From Nitrosopumilaceae archaeon (lineage in GTDB: Archaea; Thermoproteota; Nitrososphaeria; Nitrososphaerales; Nitrosopumilaceae), in assembly GCA_965200155.1 (NCBI GenBank), contig CBDATR010000010.1, positions 1 to 64,000 of the forward strand: a DNA stretch of 64,000 nucleotides. The letters run 5' to 3'. Positions 33,040 through 43,406 of the stretch are shown here, piece after piece. Each line of letters starts with the position of its first letter. The first letter of the stretch is position 1. Below the pieces are notes generated by a model. The model had not been told where the DNA came from and did no database searches. It saw only the letters and a list, made by a program, of their open reading frames with translations. Made by a program: the position numbers and the translations under genes.

Positions 33040-33995
33040 GACTGGGCGCCCCTTTCCTGCATGCGCAGCTCCAGACTGGCCGTATCCATGCCCAGTATGG
33101 ATTGCCGCTCATCTACCATCTCCTGTGCATCACGTACCCGAGACGACTGATCCCAGAACGTTGTGGCCAGAACTATGGCCCTTGCGCGGTTCTCCGCGTC
33201 GTTTGACTTGAATATGCCTGATCCAACAAATATCCCGTCACAACCCAGCGACATCAGATATGCCGCGTCCGCGGGCGTGGCAATTCCTCCTGCGGCGAAG
33301 TTGACTACCGGGAGCCTGCCCAGCTTGGCGGTCTCCCGTACCACATCATATGATACCCTGTATTCCCGGGCTATTCGTATCATTTCCTGATGGTCTCCGG
33401 AATCGTACACCGACTTTATGTGGCGCAGTCCGTCGTTTACCTTTTTTATGTGAGTTATGGCTTCGGCTACATTTCCGGTACCAGGCTCGCCCTTGGTGCG
33501 TATCATGGATGCCCCCTCCTCTATGCGGCGCAGTGCCTCCGCTAGTGAGCGTGCCCCGTTAACAAAGGGAGTGGTAAAGTCCCACTTCCATATGTGGTGC
33601 ATCTCATCGGCCGGTGTAAGCACCTCTGACTCATCTATCATGTCTACGTCACACTGGGCCAGGACCTGTGCCTCGTACACATGACCTATGCGACATTTTG
33701 CCATGACCGGAATGGTGACTGACTCCATTATGTCCTGGATTGTCTTGGCGCTGGCGGTTCGTGCAACCCCCCCGGCCGCCCGCACATCTGATGGTAATTT
33801 ATCCAGTACCATGACTGATACGGCGCCCGCGGTCTCGGCTATCTGAGCTTGCTCTATATTTGTCACATCCATGACAACACCGCCCTTTAGCATGTGGGCA
33901 AATCCGCGCTTCACGGTGGTGGTACCCATAACTACATTGCCCTCCTCGCATACTATGCCGCGCGCGTCATCCTGCTGGCCCGCGGTAGATATCAT
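33036..33995 (-). CDS. pdxS: PLP synthase lyase subunit
   Basis: [17 protein letters not shown] and [11 protein letters not shown] motifs. Confidence 0.97.
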   Translation of the reverse strand: MISTAGQQDDARGIVCEEGNVVMGTTTVKRGFAHMLKGGVVMDVTNIEQAQIAETAGAVSVMVLDKLPSDVRAAGGVARTASAKTIQDIMESVTIPVMAKCRIGHVYEAQVLAQCDVDMIDESEVLTPADEMHHIWKWDFTTPFVNGARSLAEALRRIEEGASMIRTKGEPGTGNVAEAITHIKKVNDGLRHIKSVYDSGDHQEMIRIAREYRVSYDVVRETAKLGRLPVVNFAAGGIATPADAAYLMSLGCDGIFVGSGIFKSNDAENRARAIVLATTFWDQSSRVRDAQEMVDERQSILGMDTASLELRMQERGAQS

Positions 33996-34022
33996 GTATG
34001 ATGATACATCCTGTGCATATTT

Positions 34023-34562
34023 TTACTTATCACGGGTATCGTCCAGAATTGCCACCAGTCTTGATTCTACCTGAGTTATTATGGGCGGGATGAATCTGTC
34101 TGTGGCGTCTTGTTCCGGCCATGTTATTCTAGTTATGGCCCCATTCAAGGTAACCTTCACCGTATGCCTGGTGTACTGCTCTATGTCCCCCCTGACGGGG
34201 AATGTATCCTCTGGCAGGGCCATAAAACCTGTCTCCTTTATCAGGGCCACCAAATGCAGTATCTCAGTCTGGTTCATGCTGGCGGTAATGGTAGGCTGCG
34301 CGTACCCCTCTTCTGATATACGCAATTCCACATCACCATCTTCCTTTATGGTCAGTATGTCTGTACGATCCGCCCCCAGTCTCTCGGTTACCCCAAAAGA
34401 GACCCGCCGGAGATCATGCACCGTATACTCAATCTCTATATCATCCTCTGGAACCGCTGCAGAGAATGGTATCTCTGCGCGTCCCAGCATGGGCGCAACC
34501 AGTATTATGGCTATAATGGCTGGTATGGCACCCAGAACCAGTATGACGGGCTTTACCATCAC
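34023..34562 (-). CDS. membrane-anchored hypothetical protein
   Basis: N-terminal TM helix, 179 aa. Confidence 0.7.
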   Translation of the reverse strand: MMVKPVILVLGAIPAIIAIILVAPMLGRAEIPFSAAVPEDDIEIEYTVHDLRRVSFGVTERLGADRTDILTIKEDGDVELRISEEGYAQPTITASMNQTEILHLVALIKETGFMALPEDTFPVRGDIEQYTRHTVKVTLNGAITRITWPEQDATDRFIPPIITQVESRLVAILDDTRDK

Positions 34563-34650
34563 ATGTATCTTGTATAATGACTCTCATAAGCCTTTGTCTA
34601 ACATGTTTATAATGAATTCATTTCTGCCAGACATGAAACATTATGGTCAT

Positions 34651-34843
34651 GTAACCGCTTAGGTCGCTCCGAATTGCTTTCATGACACAAAATCCGGTAA
34701 CCACAAGCCCGAAGCGGTGGGTGATAGACACCGCCAGCCCTAACGTATGTTGTGTTCGCAAATGTAGCGCAGTGAGATAACAGGATTTAGTCCTTGCCTT
34801 GGTTGCATATTAGGAAAAACACTTAGGTGACCTAAACGATTAC
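34651..34843. mobile_element. MITE family 2
   Basis: GTAACCGCTTAGGTC...GACCTAAACGATTAC; interior homologous to the reverse complement of 49744-49921. Confidence 0.8.
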
Positions 34844-34884
34844 CAGTATGATTAAACCGGTGGTTGATATTGGAGTCGACCCCG

Positions 34885-35312
34885 TTATTTTTGAGCAAGG
34901 ATGTTCTGCCCAATTATTGTGTCGTTCTGCTTTGAGTGATGCTTTGCGTAGTCAATTAGCATATTTAGCCGAGAAGCGCCGGTATTCATTGCATTGAGCA
35001 TTTCTAATTGCATGTCTCCCGAGATTATCTTGAATATGGTGAATTCTCCAGTGGTAGCAGTATATTTCACTTGCATATCATCTATTTGTACAGGTTCTTC
35101 CAATTTGTTGATGGCAGCAATGAGTGACTCTATGTACTGTCACCCTCGCATATTATTAATACGGATTCGTCCTCAAGGTTCTCCACACTACCTTTCAGTC
35201 CAATTTCTTTCGCCACATTTTTAACACTATTGCGGAGTCCCACCCCCTGAACCTTTCCGGAGACTAGAATTGTGGCTCTTTCTTGTGTCATCGTGTTATG
35301 ATTGTCGCTCAT
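34885..35312 (-). pseudogene. acylphosphatase-domain gene, frameshifted
   Basis: VSGKVQGVG.R and GSVENL.D motifs; continues in another frame after about 35130. Confidence 0.8.
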
Positions 35313-35374
35313 TCAATGTAAACTGAGAATGGAAGGGAATAGTAACCATTCATGTCGCTCCAAGCACAGTCGAC

Positions 35375-35704
35375 GTATGAGTTCACCTGTGTCTAAATTT
35401 ACGCACAACTGATCGCGACAGTTAATGTGATTTGTGCACAAGATTCCGGAAGACGTGAACTCATACTTTTGGCAACCGAAAAAACGCCCTCACTTTGTAA
35501 GGGCGTTTTTTTGATACCAAAATGCGTTCTCCTCCTAATTGGTCCATTTGTATACCATGATCATTAGGTATCGGTTGTATTGCTGGTATGAGTTCACCTG
35601 TGTCTAAATGGAACGGGTCATTCTATAACTGATCGCGACAGTTAAAGAGTAACCGGTTCTTTTGTGCACAAGATTGGAACCGGTTCCAAGACGTGAACTC
35701 ATAC
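35375..35704 (-). mobile_element. composite of two family-1 MITEs (35375-35466, 35586-35704) with 119-bp cargo
   Basis: 8-bp TSD CAGTCGAC flanks only the outer ends. Confidence 0.9.
35479..35512. terminator. bidirectional intrinsic-terminator-like hairpin in the MITE cargo
   Basis: AAAAAACGCCCT-loop-AGGGCGTTTTTTT. Confidence 0.55.
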
Positions 35705-35806
35705 CAGTCGACGCTTGGCGTATTTGGTTCGTATTTTTCTTCATGTTCCTTGATGTACAGTAATTCTATCGCAGCCTGCACAAGGTGGATACATACTTTG
35801 AGGATC

Positions 35807-36036
35807 GTAACCGTTTAGGTCACCCCTGTGCAACCGCTTAAAATATACCGCTAACATGCCCATTCCTGCCTTTTCAGTCATGATACCTCACATGTGGCAG
35901 CCACCATAAGTCCTTGGGTAACAAATCTACATTTGTCACATACAACCCCTGCCTTACATGTCAGAATTATGGTGTTCGCTGTATGCCCATGAATTCAGTC
36001 TAGATGTATGATCTTTAACTCGACCTAAACAGTTAG
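35807..36036. mobile_element. MITE family 2 with a nested family-3 MITE (35893-35983)
   Basis: Matches 21719-21860 plus a 91-bp insert homologous to 40581-40671. Confidence 0.8.
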
Positions 36037-36086
36037 ATAGTCATGCAAAAATGACTTAAATTGAGGCACTATTACAATAGTAGCGT

Positions 36087-36233
36087 GGGGTCGTAGCCTA
36101 GCCTGGTAGGGCGACAGTGTTAAACAGTGTTCACCGCTAAGGGCTCCAGAGGTAAACTAAACCACTGATTGGATGATGTGAGTTTGGAGCTGTAGTGACC
36201 CGTAGGTCGCCGGTTCGATTCCGGTCGGCCCCA
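36087..36233 (+). tRNA. tRNA-Trp(CCA) with two introns (about 36116-36140 and 36150-36197)
   Basis: Removing both gives stem ACGGG/CCCGT around loop CTCCAGA; acceptor GGGGTCG/CGGCCCC. Confidence 0.85.
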
Positions 36234-36235
36234 CA

Positions 36236-38491
36236 TCATCTATTCCTGATTACGTTCAGAGCGGATCCCGCACGGAACCACTCTATCTGTGATGCGCTAT
36301 AGGAGTGGCGTAATTGTATGGTATGTGTAGTTCCGTCCTGATGCTCCAGTATGCAGGATATGGGATGTTCGGGCCTCATTTGCTCAAGTCCAACTATGCT
36401 TAAGCTATCATCCTCCATTATACGGTCATAATCTGATTCGTCCTGGAATGTCAGTGCCAGTATGCCCTGCTTTTTTAGATTCGTTTCGTGTATGCGTGCA
36501 AAACTCCGGGCTATGACTGCGGCGCACCCCAGATATCTTGGCGTCATGGCGGCGTGCTCCCTGCTGCTACCCTCGCCATAGTTGCGGTCTCCCACAATGA
36601 CCCATGGAATATCTTCCTTCTGGTACGCCCTGGCTATGCATGCAAAGTCCTCGGTATCTCCTGTAAGGAAATTCTTGCCCTCTCCGGCCTTGCCCGTGTA
36701 GTAGTTTATCGCTCCCATGAGCATGTTGTCACTAAGGTTGCCCAGGTGCCCGCGATATGACAGCCAGGGGCCTGCCGGTGATATGTGATCAGTGGTGCAC
36801 TTGCCCCTGGCTTTTACCATGAGTCTCATGCCTGTCTTGTCCTTGCCGTCCCACTCATTAAATGGCTCTATTCGCTGGAGGCGCTTGCTGGCTGGATCTA
36901 TGATTACCTCAATGTCCCGGCCATCTTCGGGCGGGGATACGTATATGCCCTCGGGTATGCTGAAACCATTCTCTGGAACCTCGTCCGCTGCCGGTGGCGG
37001 TTCCAGGTGGAATTGTGTCCCGTCCGGCGCACTTAGTGTATCCTGGACGGGATTAAATGAGAGCCTGCCACCCAGTGCCAGCGCGATAACCATCTCGGGA
37101 CTGCCTATGAAGTTGAGCGTACTGCGACTGCCGTCATTTCTCCCGGGAAAGTTGCGATTAAAGGAGGTCACTATGGTATTCTCCTTGCCTGGTACTATCT
37201 CTGGGCGACTCCACTGTCCTATACATGGTCCGCATGCATTTGCCAGGACGGTGGCCCCAATGTCCACCAGTGACTGCATCTGCCCGTCCCGCTCTATGGT
37301 AGCTCTTATCTGCTCAGAGCCGGGCGTAACTAATAGTGGTACTGCCGCCTTCACTCCGTGGGCCTTGGCCTGCTCTGCTATACTTGCCGCTCTTGACATG
37401 TCCTCGTAAGAGGAGTTAGTACAGCTGCCCACAAGAGCCACGGATATATCATCAACGTACTTTTGCGATTCCACGTCCGGCGCCATTGCCGATACGGGGC
37501 GGGCCAAATCCGGAGTATGGGGACCCACTATGTGGGGCTCCAGCGAAGAGAGGTCTATCTCTATTATCCGGTCATAATGATTTTGTGGGTTCTCCAAGAC
37601 CCCGTAATCCGCGGTCAGTATGTCACGGTTCCTGTTGGCTAGCTGAGCTATGGCTGATCGGTTGGTATACTGGAGATACTTTTCCATCCGAGAATCATAC
37701 GGGAATATGGAGCAAGTGGCGCCCACCTCTGCGCCCATATTGGTAATGGTGGCTTTTCCGGTACAACTAATGGACTCTGTTCCCTCGCCAAAATACTCTA
37801 TCACTGAATTGGTGCCGCCGGATACGCTCAGCTCCTTGGCCACCACTAATATGATATCCTTGGGGGATGTCCAGGATCCCAGTTTTCCAGTCAAATGGAC
37901 GCCAATGCGCTTGGGGTACAATACTTCCCAGGATAATCCCGCCATGGATTCGGCTGCATCAACTCCGCCCACGCCTACGGCCAACATGCCCAAACCTCCA
38001 CCGTTGGGCGTGTGCGAGTCAGTTCCTATCATGAGTCCTCCGGGAAAGGCATAATTTTCCAGTACTACCTGGTGTATTATTCCAGCACCGGGTCTCCAAA
38101 AGCCGCATCCGTATCTGGCCGCCGCGGACTGTAGAAACTGGAACACCTCGCTGTTCTCATCAATGGATACAGCCATATCCGCCTTGCCATCTGTGCGTGC
38201 ACGAATGAGATGGTCACAGTGTATGGATACGGGCAATGCCGCCTTGTCCAGTCCAGCCTGCATGAACTGCAAAATTACTGTCTGGCCTGTTACATCCTGT
38301 AACGCCACCCTGTCCGGTTTTAGCGCGATATATCCTTCCGGCTCTCCTTTGGGAATCTGCATCATGTGACCCGCGAGTATCTTTTCTGTTAGCGTCAGTG
38401 GCCTGTTTACCACGCGCCTAAAGGCCTCGATGTTTTGCCGGTTTCTGGCATATACTCCTTGTACCATGTCTGTTGTGGTCTCCACTGGCAT
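36236..38491 (-). CDS. aconitate hydratase (mitochondrial-type)
   Basis: HCDH, GTDSHT, GSCTNSS, ANACGPCIG, TTDHIS and GSSREHA motifs; start placed at MPVETT. Confidence 0.95.
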   Translation of the reverse strand: MPVETTTDMVQGVYARNRQNIEAFRRVVNRPLTLTEKILAGHMMQIPKGEPEGYIALKPDRVALQDVTGQTVILQFMQAGLDKAALPVSIHCDHLIRARTDGKADMAVSIDENSEVFQFLQSAAARYGCGFWRPGAGIIHQVVLENYAFPGGLMIGTDSHTPNGGGLGMLAVGVGGVDAAESMAGLSWEVLYPKRIGVHLTGKLGSWTSPKDIILVVAKELSVSGGTNSVIEYFGEGTESISCTGKATITNMGAEVGATCSIFPYDSRMEKYLQYTNRSAIAQLANRNRDILTADYGVLENPQNHYDRIIEIDLSSLEPHIVGPHTPDLARPVSAMAPDVESQKYVDDISVALVGSCTNSSYEDMSRAASIAEQAKAHGVKAAVPLLVTPGSEQIRATIERDGQMQSLVDIGATVLANACGPCIGQWSRPEIVPGKENTIVTSFNRNFPGRNDGSRSTLNFIGSPEMVIALALGGRLSFNPVQDTLSAPDGTQFHLEPPPAADEVPENGFSIPEGIYVSPPEDGRDIEVIIDPASKRLQRIEPFNEWDGKDKTGMRLMVKARGKCTTDHISPAGPWLSYRGHLGNLSDNMLMGAINYYTGKAGEGKNFLTGDTEDFACIARAYQKEDIPWVIVGDRNYGEGSSREHAAMTPRYLGCAAVIARSFARIHETNLKKQGILALTFQDESDYDRIMEDDSLSIVGLEQMRPEHPISCILEHQDGTTHTIQLRHSYSASQIEWFRAGSALNVIRNR

Positions 38492-38527
38492 GTCATTTCT
38501 TGGAATATGCCTGAATTTATATAGCGC

Positions 38528-38694
38528 GTAACCGTCTAGGTCACTCTTCCACACATTCCACCAAGGCAGAGACTAACTACGGTTATCTCACTGGCAGCGT
38601 GGAATACATGACTGGCATAGGTTCATTCCCTACCGGTTTGGTATATGTTTGCCAATGAAAACACACCACAATTCAGAGCGCCCTAAACGGTCAC
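38528..38694. mobile_element. degenerate MITE family 2
   Basis: GTAACCGTCTAGGTC...CCCTAAACGGTCAC. Confidence 0.6.
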
Positions 38695-38823
38695 CTCCTT
38701 CAATGTGCTAGTATGCCACAGGCTACCTTATCACAATATGGCTGCTGTATAGCACCCACCATAAGTCTTTGCCGGGTATAGGACCGTACTTTTATAGAAC
38801 CACTACTAGAGTAGAATCGCCAG

Positions 38824-40256
38824 ATGATGGATGACATAATTCGGACCGTCGTTATACCGTTGAAAAATAATAGAGAGTTCTCCCGGCGCACCAAGATATT
38901 TGGTCACACGTCAGATTATGTCTATAATAGAGCGGTATCCGAGATCAGTCTTGGTGGCTACTACATACCCGGAACCACTCTTGAATTGAAGCATGATCCG
39001 GCCAAGGTCAAGAATAAGAACGAGTACGCCAAGTCACCATATGGCCTAAAGAAGGGCGCTTCATTATACGTGAATCAGATATCGCATTCTAGAACGGTCA
39101 TCAAGAGACGGTTTACCCGTCCAACAAGAATGGTTTGTTCCTGGAATTGACAAAGTGGCGCCCTGATCTGGAGTGGATGCGCGAGTTACCCTCTAACTAT
39201 GGTCGGGGTGCCATACTACAGGCGTCTGTCGCGTGCAGACGCGCGTACGAGGATCATTCTAATTACATGCCACACCGGCGTGACTGACAGAATCATACTA
39301 TCATGTGTAAGACCACCAATCCGTCGCGGTGAGTTCGAGTTGGACCTGTGCAGTTTTGGTGTGGGGAGAACAACCAAACCAATCGATCATTCCTTGGACA
39401 TGCGCTCATTCAGGATAGTGGAACGAGTAACCAAAGTAGGGGTGCATCTGGGATGGTATTGGGCAGTCCACTGACTCCATTCAGGATAGTGGAACGAGTA
39501 ACCAATAGTAGGGAGCATCAATTCGAGATTCACATCAATATACGGGAGAAACCATCGACCGGCGTTGTTCGCGGCGTGGATGTCGGCGGGAAACATCTAG
39601 CTGTAACAGCTGACACGAATGGCATAACGATGATTCCCAACATGAGACATCGTTCCATATTGCGGGAGATTAGCGCACTCCAGAGTATTAGAACGCGAAA
39701 GGGCAAGCGCAGGAAGCGAAAGATTGAGAAGAAAATCATTCAATTACGACAGAAAGCCAACAACATTGCGAACGACTCCATGAATAGAATGGTCCACACG
39801 GTCACCAAAGGTGTGGACAGGGTAGTACTAGAGGATTTATCACCTATATCAATGACCAGACATGGCGGGAACCACAAAATAACAATGAACCGTTCCATGC
39901 GCGAGAACCGGGTAGGCGAATTCCGCCGGAAAGTAGTACAAAAGTGCGAGGCACTGGGGATTGAATTGGTGGCTGTGCCAGCGAGATACACGAGGGGGCG
40001 GTTTACCCGCCCAACGAGCCAGACCTGTCACGTGTGTGGAAACGTTGAGATAAATCACGATCAACTAGGGACACTTTCAATATGTAACCAGGAATTTCAC
40101 GCCGATATCAACGCGGCGTTTAGTAACCGGTTTCTCTGTATGGGGCGGCAGAGCGTGTCGTCCGGGGGGCGGTTTACCCGCCCAACCGGAGGCGTCAGGG
40201 CAGGAATAATGGCGACAATCCAAAGCCATGTACTGCCTAGGAACGAGGTGCCATGA
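38824..40256 (+). pseudogene. tnpB: TnpB (IS200/IS605-type RNA-guided nuclease) pseudogene
   Basis: YVYNRA, GVDVG, VVLEDL, YT..SQTCHVCG and HADINAA motifs; several frameshifts and insertions. Confidence 0.9.
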
Positions 40257-40274
40257 AAATCATAGTCAAAGACT

Positions 40275-41110
40275 TATGGCGACCACCATATCTAAGACAG
40301 AATCTATAATGGCACTATCCACAAACATTCCAGCGACAGAACATGTAGCAGCGATACAAATCATCTACAAATGTATAATCCAAGATTTTGATGCATTATC
40401 TATAATACTGTTCGGCTCTATGGCTCGTAGCGACCATGGCAAGTACAGTGACATCGATATCATGGTTGTGATGCCAGAAGGCACCAATACAAGCGTGGTA
40501 CATTATAGTATAGCGAACACCATAATTCTTTGGCATGCAAGACAGAGGCGCATGGCCGCAACAACAGTTGTGGCAGCCAGTATAGCGAACACCATAATTC
40601 TTTGGCATGCAAGACAGGGATTGTATGTGACATGTAGATTTGTTACCCAAGGACTCATGGTGACCGCTATATTCCTGCTGCCCGATGGATTTGGACATAG
40701 GTGTGGATACAATAGTGACAACACCGTTAATACTGGAGACAAAATCACATCTGCGCGGTTCCGTACAAAGAATGGCATACTGGGAGGTATAGAATTATAC
40801 GGTAATCACAAACTAAAATACGCCTTTGGGCATACTGATGACGCGAAGTCAGGATCCATATTGCTCGAAATTGCCCTTGATGATATTCAGTCAGCCATTG
40901 AAAATGACTCCGGCAAGACACCATACAAGAGTACGTGCGTACAATCCCCCCCAACAGGCGATAGAAAAGGCGCTCAAGTCTGTAAGGTCTGGTCCGGAAT
41001 AGAACCGAAACACATCAATTGAAATATCTCTATGCCAAGGTTCCGTCCGATTAGGGGATAAGCGCATCAGTAACAGATTCGGATGACATACCTAAACAGA
41101 ACATAGCTTC
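40275..41110 (+). pseudogene. minimal nucleotidyltransferase-HEPN fusion pseudogene
   Basis: LFGSMAR...SDID motif; frameshifted HEPN-like QQAIEK..K; MITE insertion; ends approximate. Confidence 0.7.
40509..40671. mobile_element. MITE family 3 (91 bp, TA-flanked) with a duplicated left end
   Basis: TIR TATAGCGAACACCAT / ATGGTGACCGCTATA; homologous to 35893-35983. Confidence 0.75.
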
Positions 41111-41234
41111 AAGATGTGATCACTCGCCTAGCAAAGGTGTTGCCAATTGGGAATTTTTATGTCGCCTCAAATATATGCAAAACCGCAAGGAATGAGACTA
41201 TTTTGTGCGTGTTATGGAATGAGCAAGATATCAT

Positions 41235-42083
41235 GTGACTGATAACATCTCTGCACCCAACGACCGCATACAGTCCGTCTGTCAGTTTTGGCTATCCATA
41301 TGCACTGTTGGCCAGAAAATGATGCCCTGCGACTTGAGCTCCATGTATATTGTGTCAACCTGCATAACTGGGTTTAGGCCGGTCGCCCAATCCGGGAATA
41401 ATTCTTCCAGGGCACATACCAACAAAAATATACAAGTCCCTATTACCAATAATGTGGTTAATAAGGGGTTTCCGGCTTTTGGTATAACTCAGAACGGTGT
41501 CCATGTATCCACCCTAAAAAACTACAACCTGCCCGAGTTCATACTGGAGATGATTGCACAGGAGTGTAACTCGAATCTGCTGGAGAAGGGACGGTTGGAT
41601 GACCGATTACAAAGCATGAACGAGCAAGCCCTCAAGATGCTGTACCGCATATTTGTGGACTGCGAAGAAGACGAGGAAGGTAACTTTGCCCATTATCGAT
41701 TCTTTGCACACATATCCAGCGCATTCCACAAATGTGAGATACTTGTTAACGAGTCCATACCGGGCGAATCCGGCAACCACAAGTTTCCTGTTGCAGTCAA
41801 GAATCGCGGCATGTATGTGGCAGTGGCATACAACAAATCAGTCGGCAACTCCGTATCCAAGCGTGAGATAACCCGATTCTATAACATGGTGGACAATGTC
41901 AAGAAGGGGGAGCACGGTACACTATTATCTGAGGCCATATATGGATCATCAGTAGGCATAAAAAATGATGCCATCGAGGAGCTGCAAAGACTTAGCCAAT
42001 CAAGACCCAATGACGAGGAGAACCGTATAGACTTTCGTGTTGCCAACTTTGAAAACAAGATATACACTACAACAAAGTGCTAG
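41235..42083 (+). CDS. hypothetical protein (true start probably near 41500)
   Basis: C-terminal 190 aa are protein-like; IPGESGNHKF resembles restriction-endonuclease-fold proteins. Confidence 0.6.
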   Translation: MTDNISAPNDRIQSVCQFWLSICTVGQKMMPCDLSSMYIVSTCITGFRPVAQSGNNSSRAHTNKNIQVPITNNVVNKGFPAFGITQNGVHVSTLKNYNLPEFILEMIAQECNSNLLEKGRLDDRLQSMNEQALKMLYRIFVDCEEDEEGNFAHYRFFAHISSAFHKCEILVNESIPGESGNHKFPVAVKNRGMYVAVAYNKSVGNSVSKREITRFYNMVDNVKKGEHGTLLSEAIYGSSVGIKNDAIEELQRLSQSRPNDEENRIDFRVANFENKIYTTTKC

Positions 42084-42649
42084 GTCTTGAGACCCAAATC
42101 AGTGGTGTCCATGGTTAGGAATGTGGGTGACTCCCTTACCCTGTTCCCATTCACGTCATAACCCCAGAAAGGCAGATCAGCAAACAGGTGCTTTGTCCAT
42201 ATGTCATGCACATCGGGAATGTACTTCTTGTAGCCCCGCTGCCGCAGCAGCTCGTGTGCTATCTCGTGAGATACAGCAGTGCAGTTATTCCTGGCAACAA
42301 AGGGTAAATCAAAGGGTTCCTTATGCCGCCACCATGCCATCCCGAAATTCTCTGCATGATACCCCTCACACGTACAGTCTGTCCAAAGAGGCCTAAAGTA
42401 TGTCAGGTAGAACCGGTATGTTTCTGCGCCCCTCCGCCTGTGATCCTGCAATAACACGTGCGTGTCTGGTCTCTGCAAAAGGCTCCGTCTGCTAGCGAGC
42501 ATCATATCACACTGTACGTCATATGAGACTCCAAACTCTTTGCGTATCCACACTCCAAAGAATGCGGCCATGCTTTGGATATACTGAAACTCCTCTGTAC
42601 GGGAATTCCTCTCCTCCTCTTTTATCAAGAAAATAAAGTGTAAGTCCAA
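42080..42649 (-). CDS. hypothetical zincin-like protein
   Basis: SHEIAHE motif. Confidence 0.7.
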   Translation of the reverse strand: MDLHFIFLIKEEERNSRTEEFQYIQSMAAFFGVWIRKEFGVSYDVQCDMMLASRRSLLQRPDTHVLLQDHRRRGAETYRFYLTYFRPLWTDCTCEGYHAENFGMAWWRHKEPFDLPFVARNNCTAVSHEIAHELLRQRGYKKYIPDVHDIWTKHLFADLPFWGYDVNGNRVRESPTFLTMDTTDLGLKT

Positions 42650-42656
42650 CTCAGCC

Positions 42657-42890
42657 CTATTCCTCGATGCCCATCAAGGTTAGAGTGGAGCGTATACGTT
42701 CTATCTTTCGTATCTTCCAGGAGATGGTCTCCCGTAACTTCTCTGCGGTCTCTAACTCTATCTTGGCCAGTATGTCATAGGCACCAAAGGTGCCGTGGAC
42801 TTCCTTTATGCCCGCTATTCCGCGAAGTTGCTGTATTATGTAATGCTCGTGACCTATTTCGCAATTTATAAGAACAAATGCAGTTGCCAT
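42657..42890 (-). CDS. stand-alone Lrp/AsnC ligand-binding domain protein
   Basis: AFVLIN...GAYDI...STLTL. Confidence 0.9.
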   Translation of the reverse strand: MATAFVLINCEIGHEHYIIQQLRGIAGIKEVHGTFGAYDILAKIELETAEKLRETISWKIRKIERIRSTLTLMGIEE

Positions 42891-42924
42891 GAATCATTAT
42901 ACCAAATCCAATATATCAATACAA

Positions 42925-43341
42925 CTAATTAGACATGTCCAGTATTTTGCCCCATATGCCAGTGGGTACGGGCATAAAGGAGAGGCGTCCCATGCGTATC
43001 AATTCCCAATCCTGAAATGATTCCTCCTGTTTCATACGGGCCAGCGTAACGGGCTTTGCGAACGTATTTTGATATTCCACGTCCACCACCACAAACCTGG
43101 GGTTGTCCTCCTCCGGATTTGGATATGGCCCCGATATGGCCTTCATTATTCCCACTGCCTGCCGCTCTTTTCCAGTATGATAATACAGTATCATGTCTCC
43201 GGGTTTCACCTCCCGCAGGTGTATTAGGGCCAGGTTGTTGTGTATGCCGTCCCATACTGTAACTTTGTCTGCTTCTAGTTGTGATATGGGGTATCCTCGT
43301 GGACCGTCCGGCTCCTGCTTTGCAAGCCAGTATCTGGTCAT
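42925..43341 (-). CDS. EVE domain protein
   Basis: YWLAKQEP, WDGIHN, YYHTG and RLSFMPV motifs. Confidence 0.92.
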   Translation of the reverse strand: MTRYWLAKQEPDGPRGYPISQLEADKVTVWDGIHNNLALIHLREVKPGDMILYYHTGKERQAVGIMKAISGPYPNPEEDNPRFVVVDVEYQNTFAKPVTLARMKQEESFQDWELIRMGRLSFMPVPTGIWGKILDMSN

Positions 43342-43406
43342 TTGTTTTTTCAAGCGGCATGACACGCATAAACGTTACGAAAATCAAAAAATGGGAAAGA
43401 GTAGTT

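Noticed and set aside
38700-40300. Active TnpB/omegaRNA or Cas12f system
   Set aside because: The gene is multiply frameshifted; I could not delimit element ends, an omegaRNA or an adjacent array
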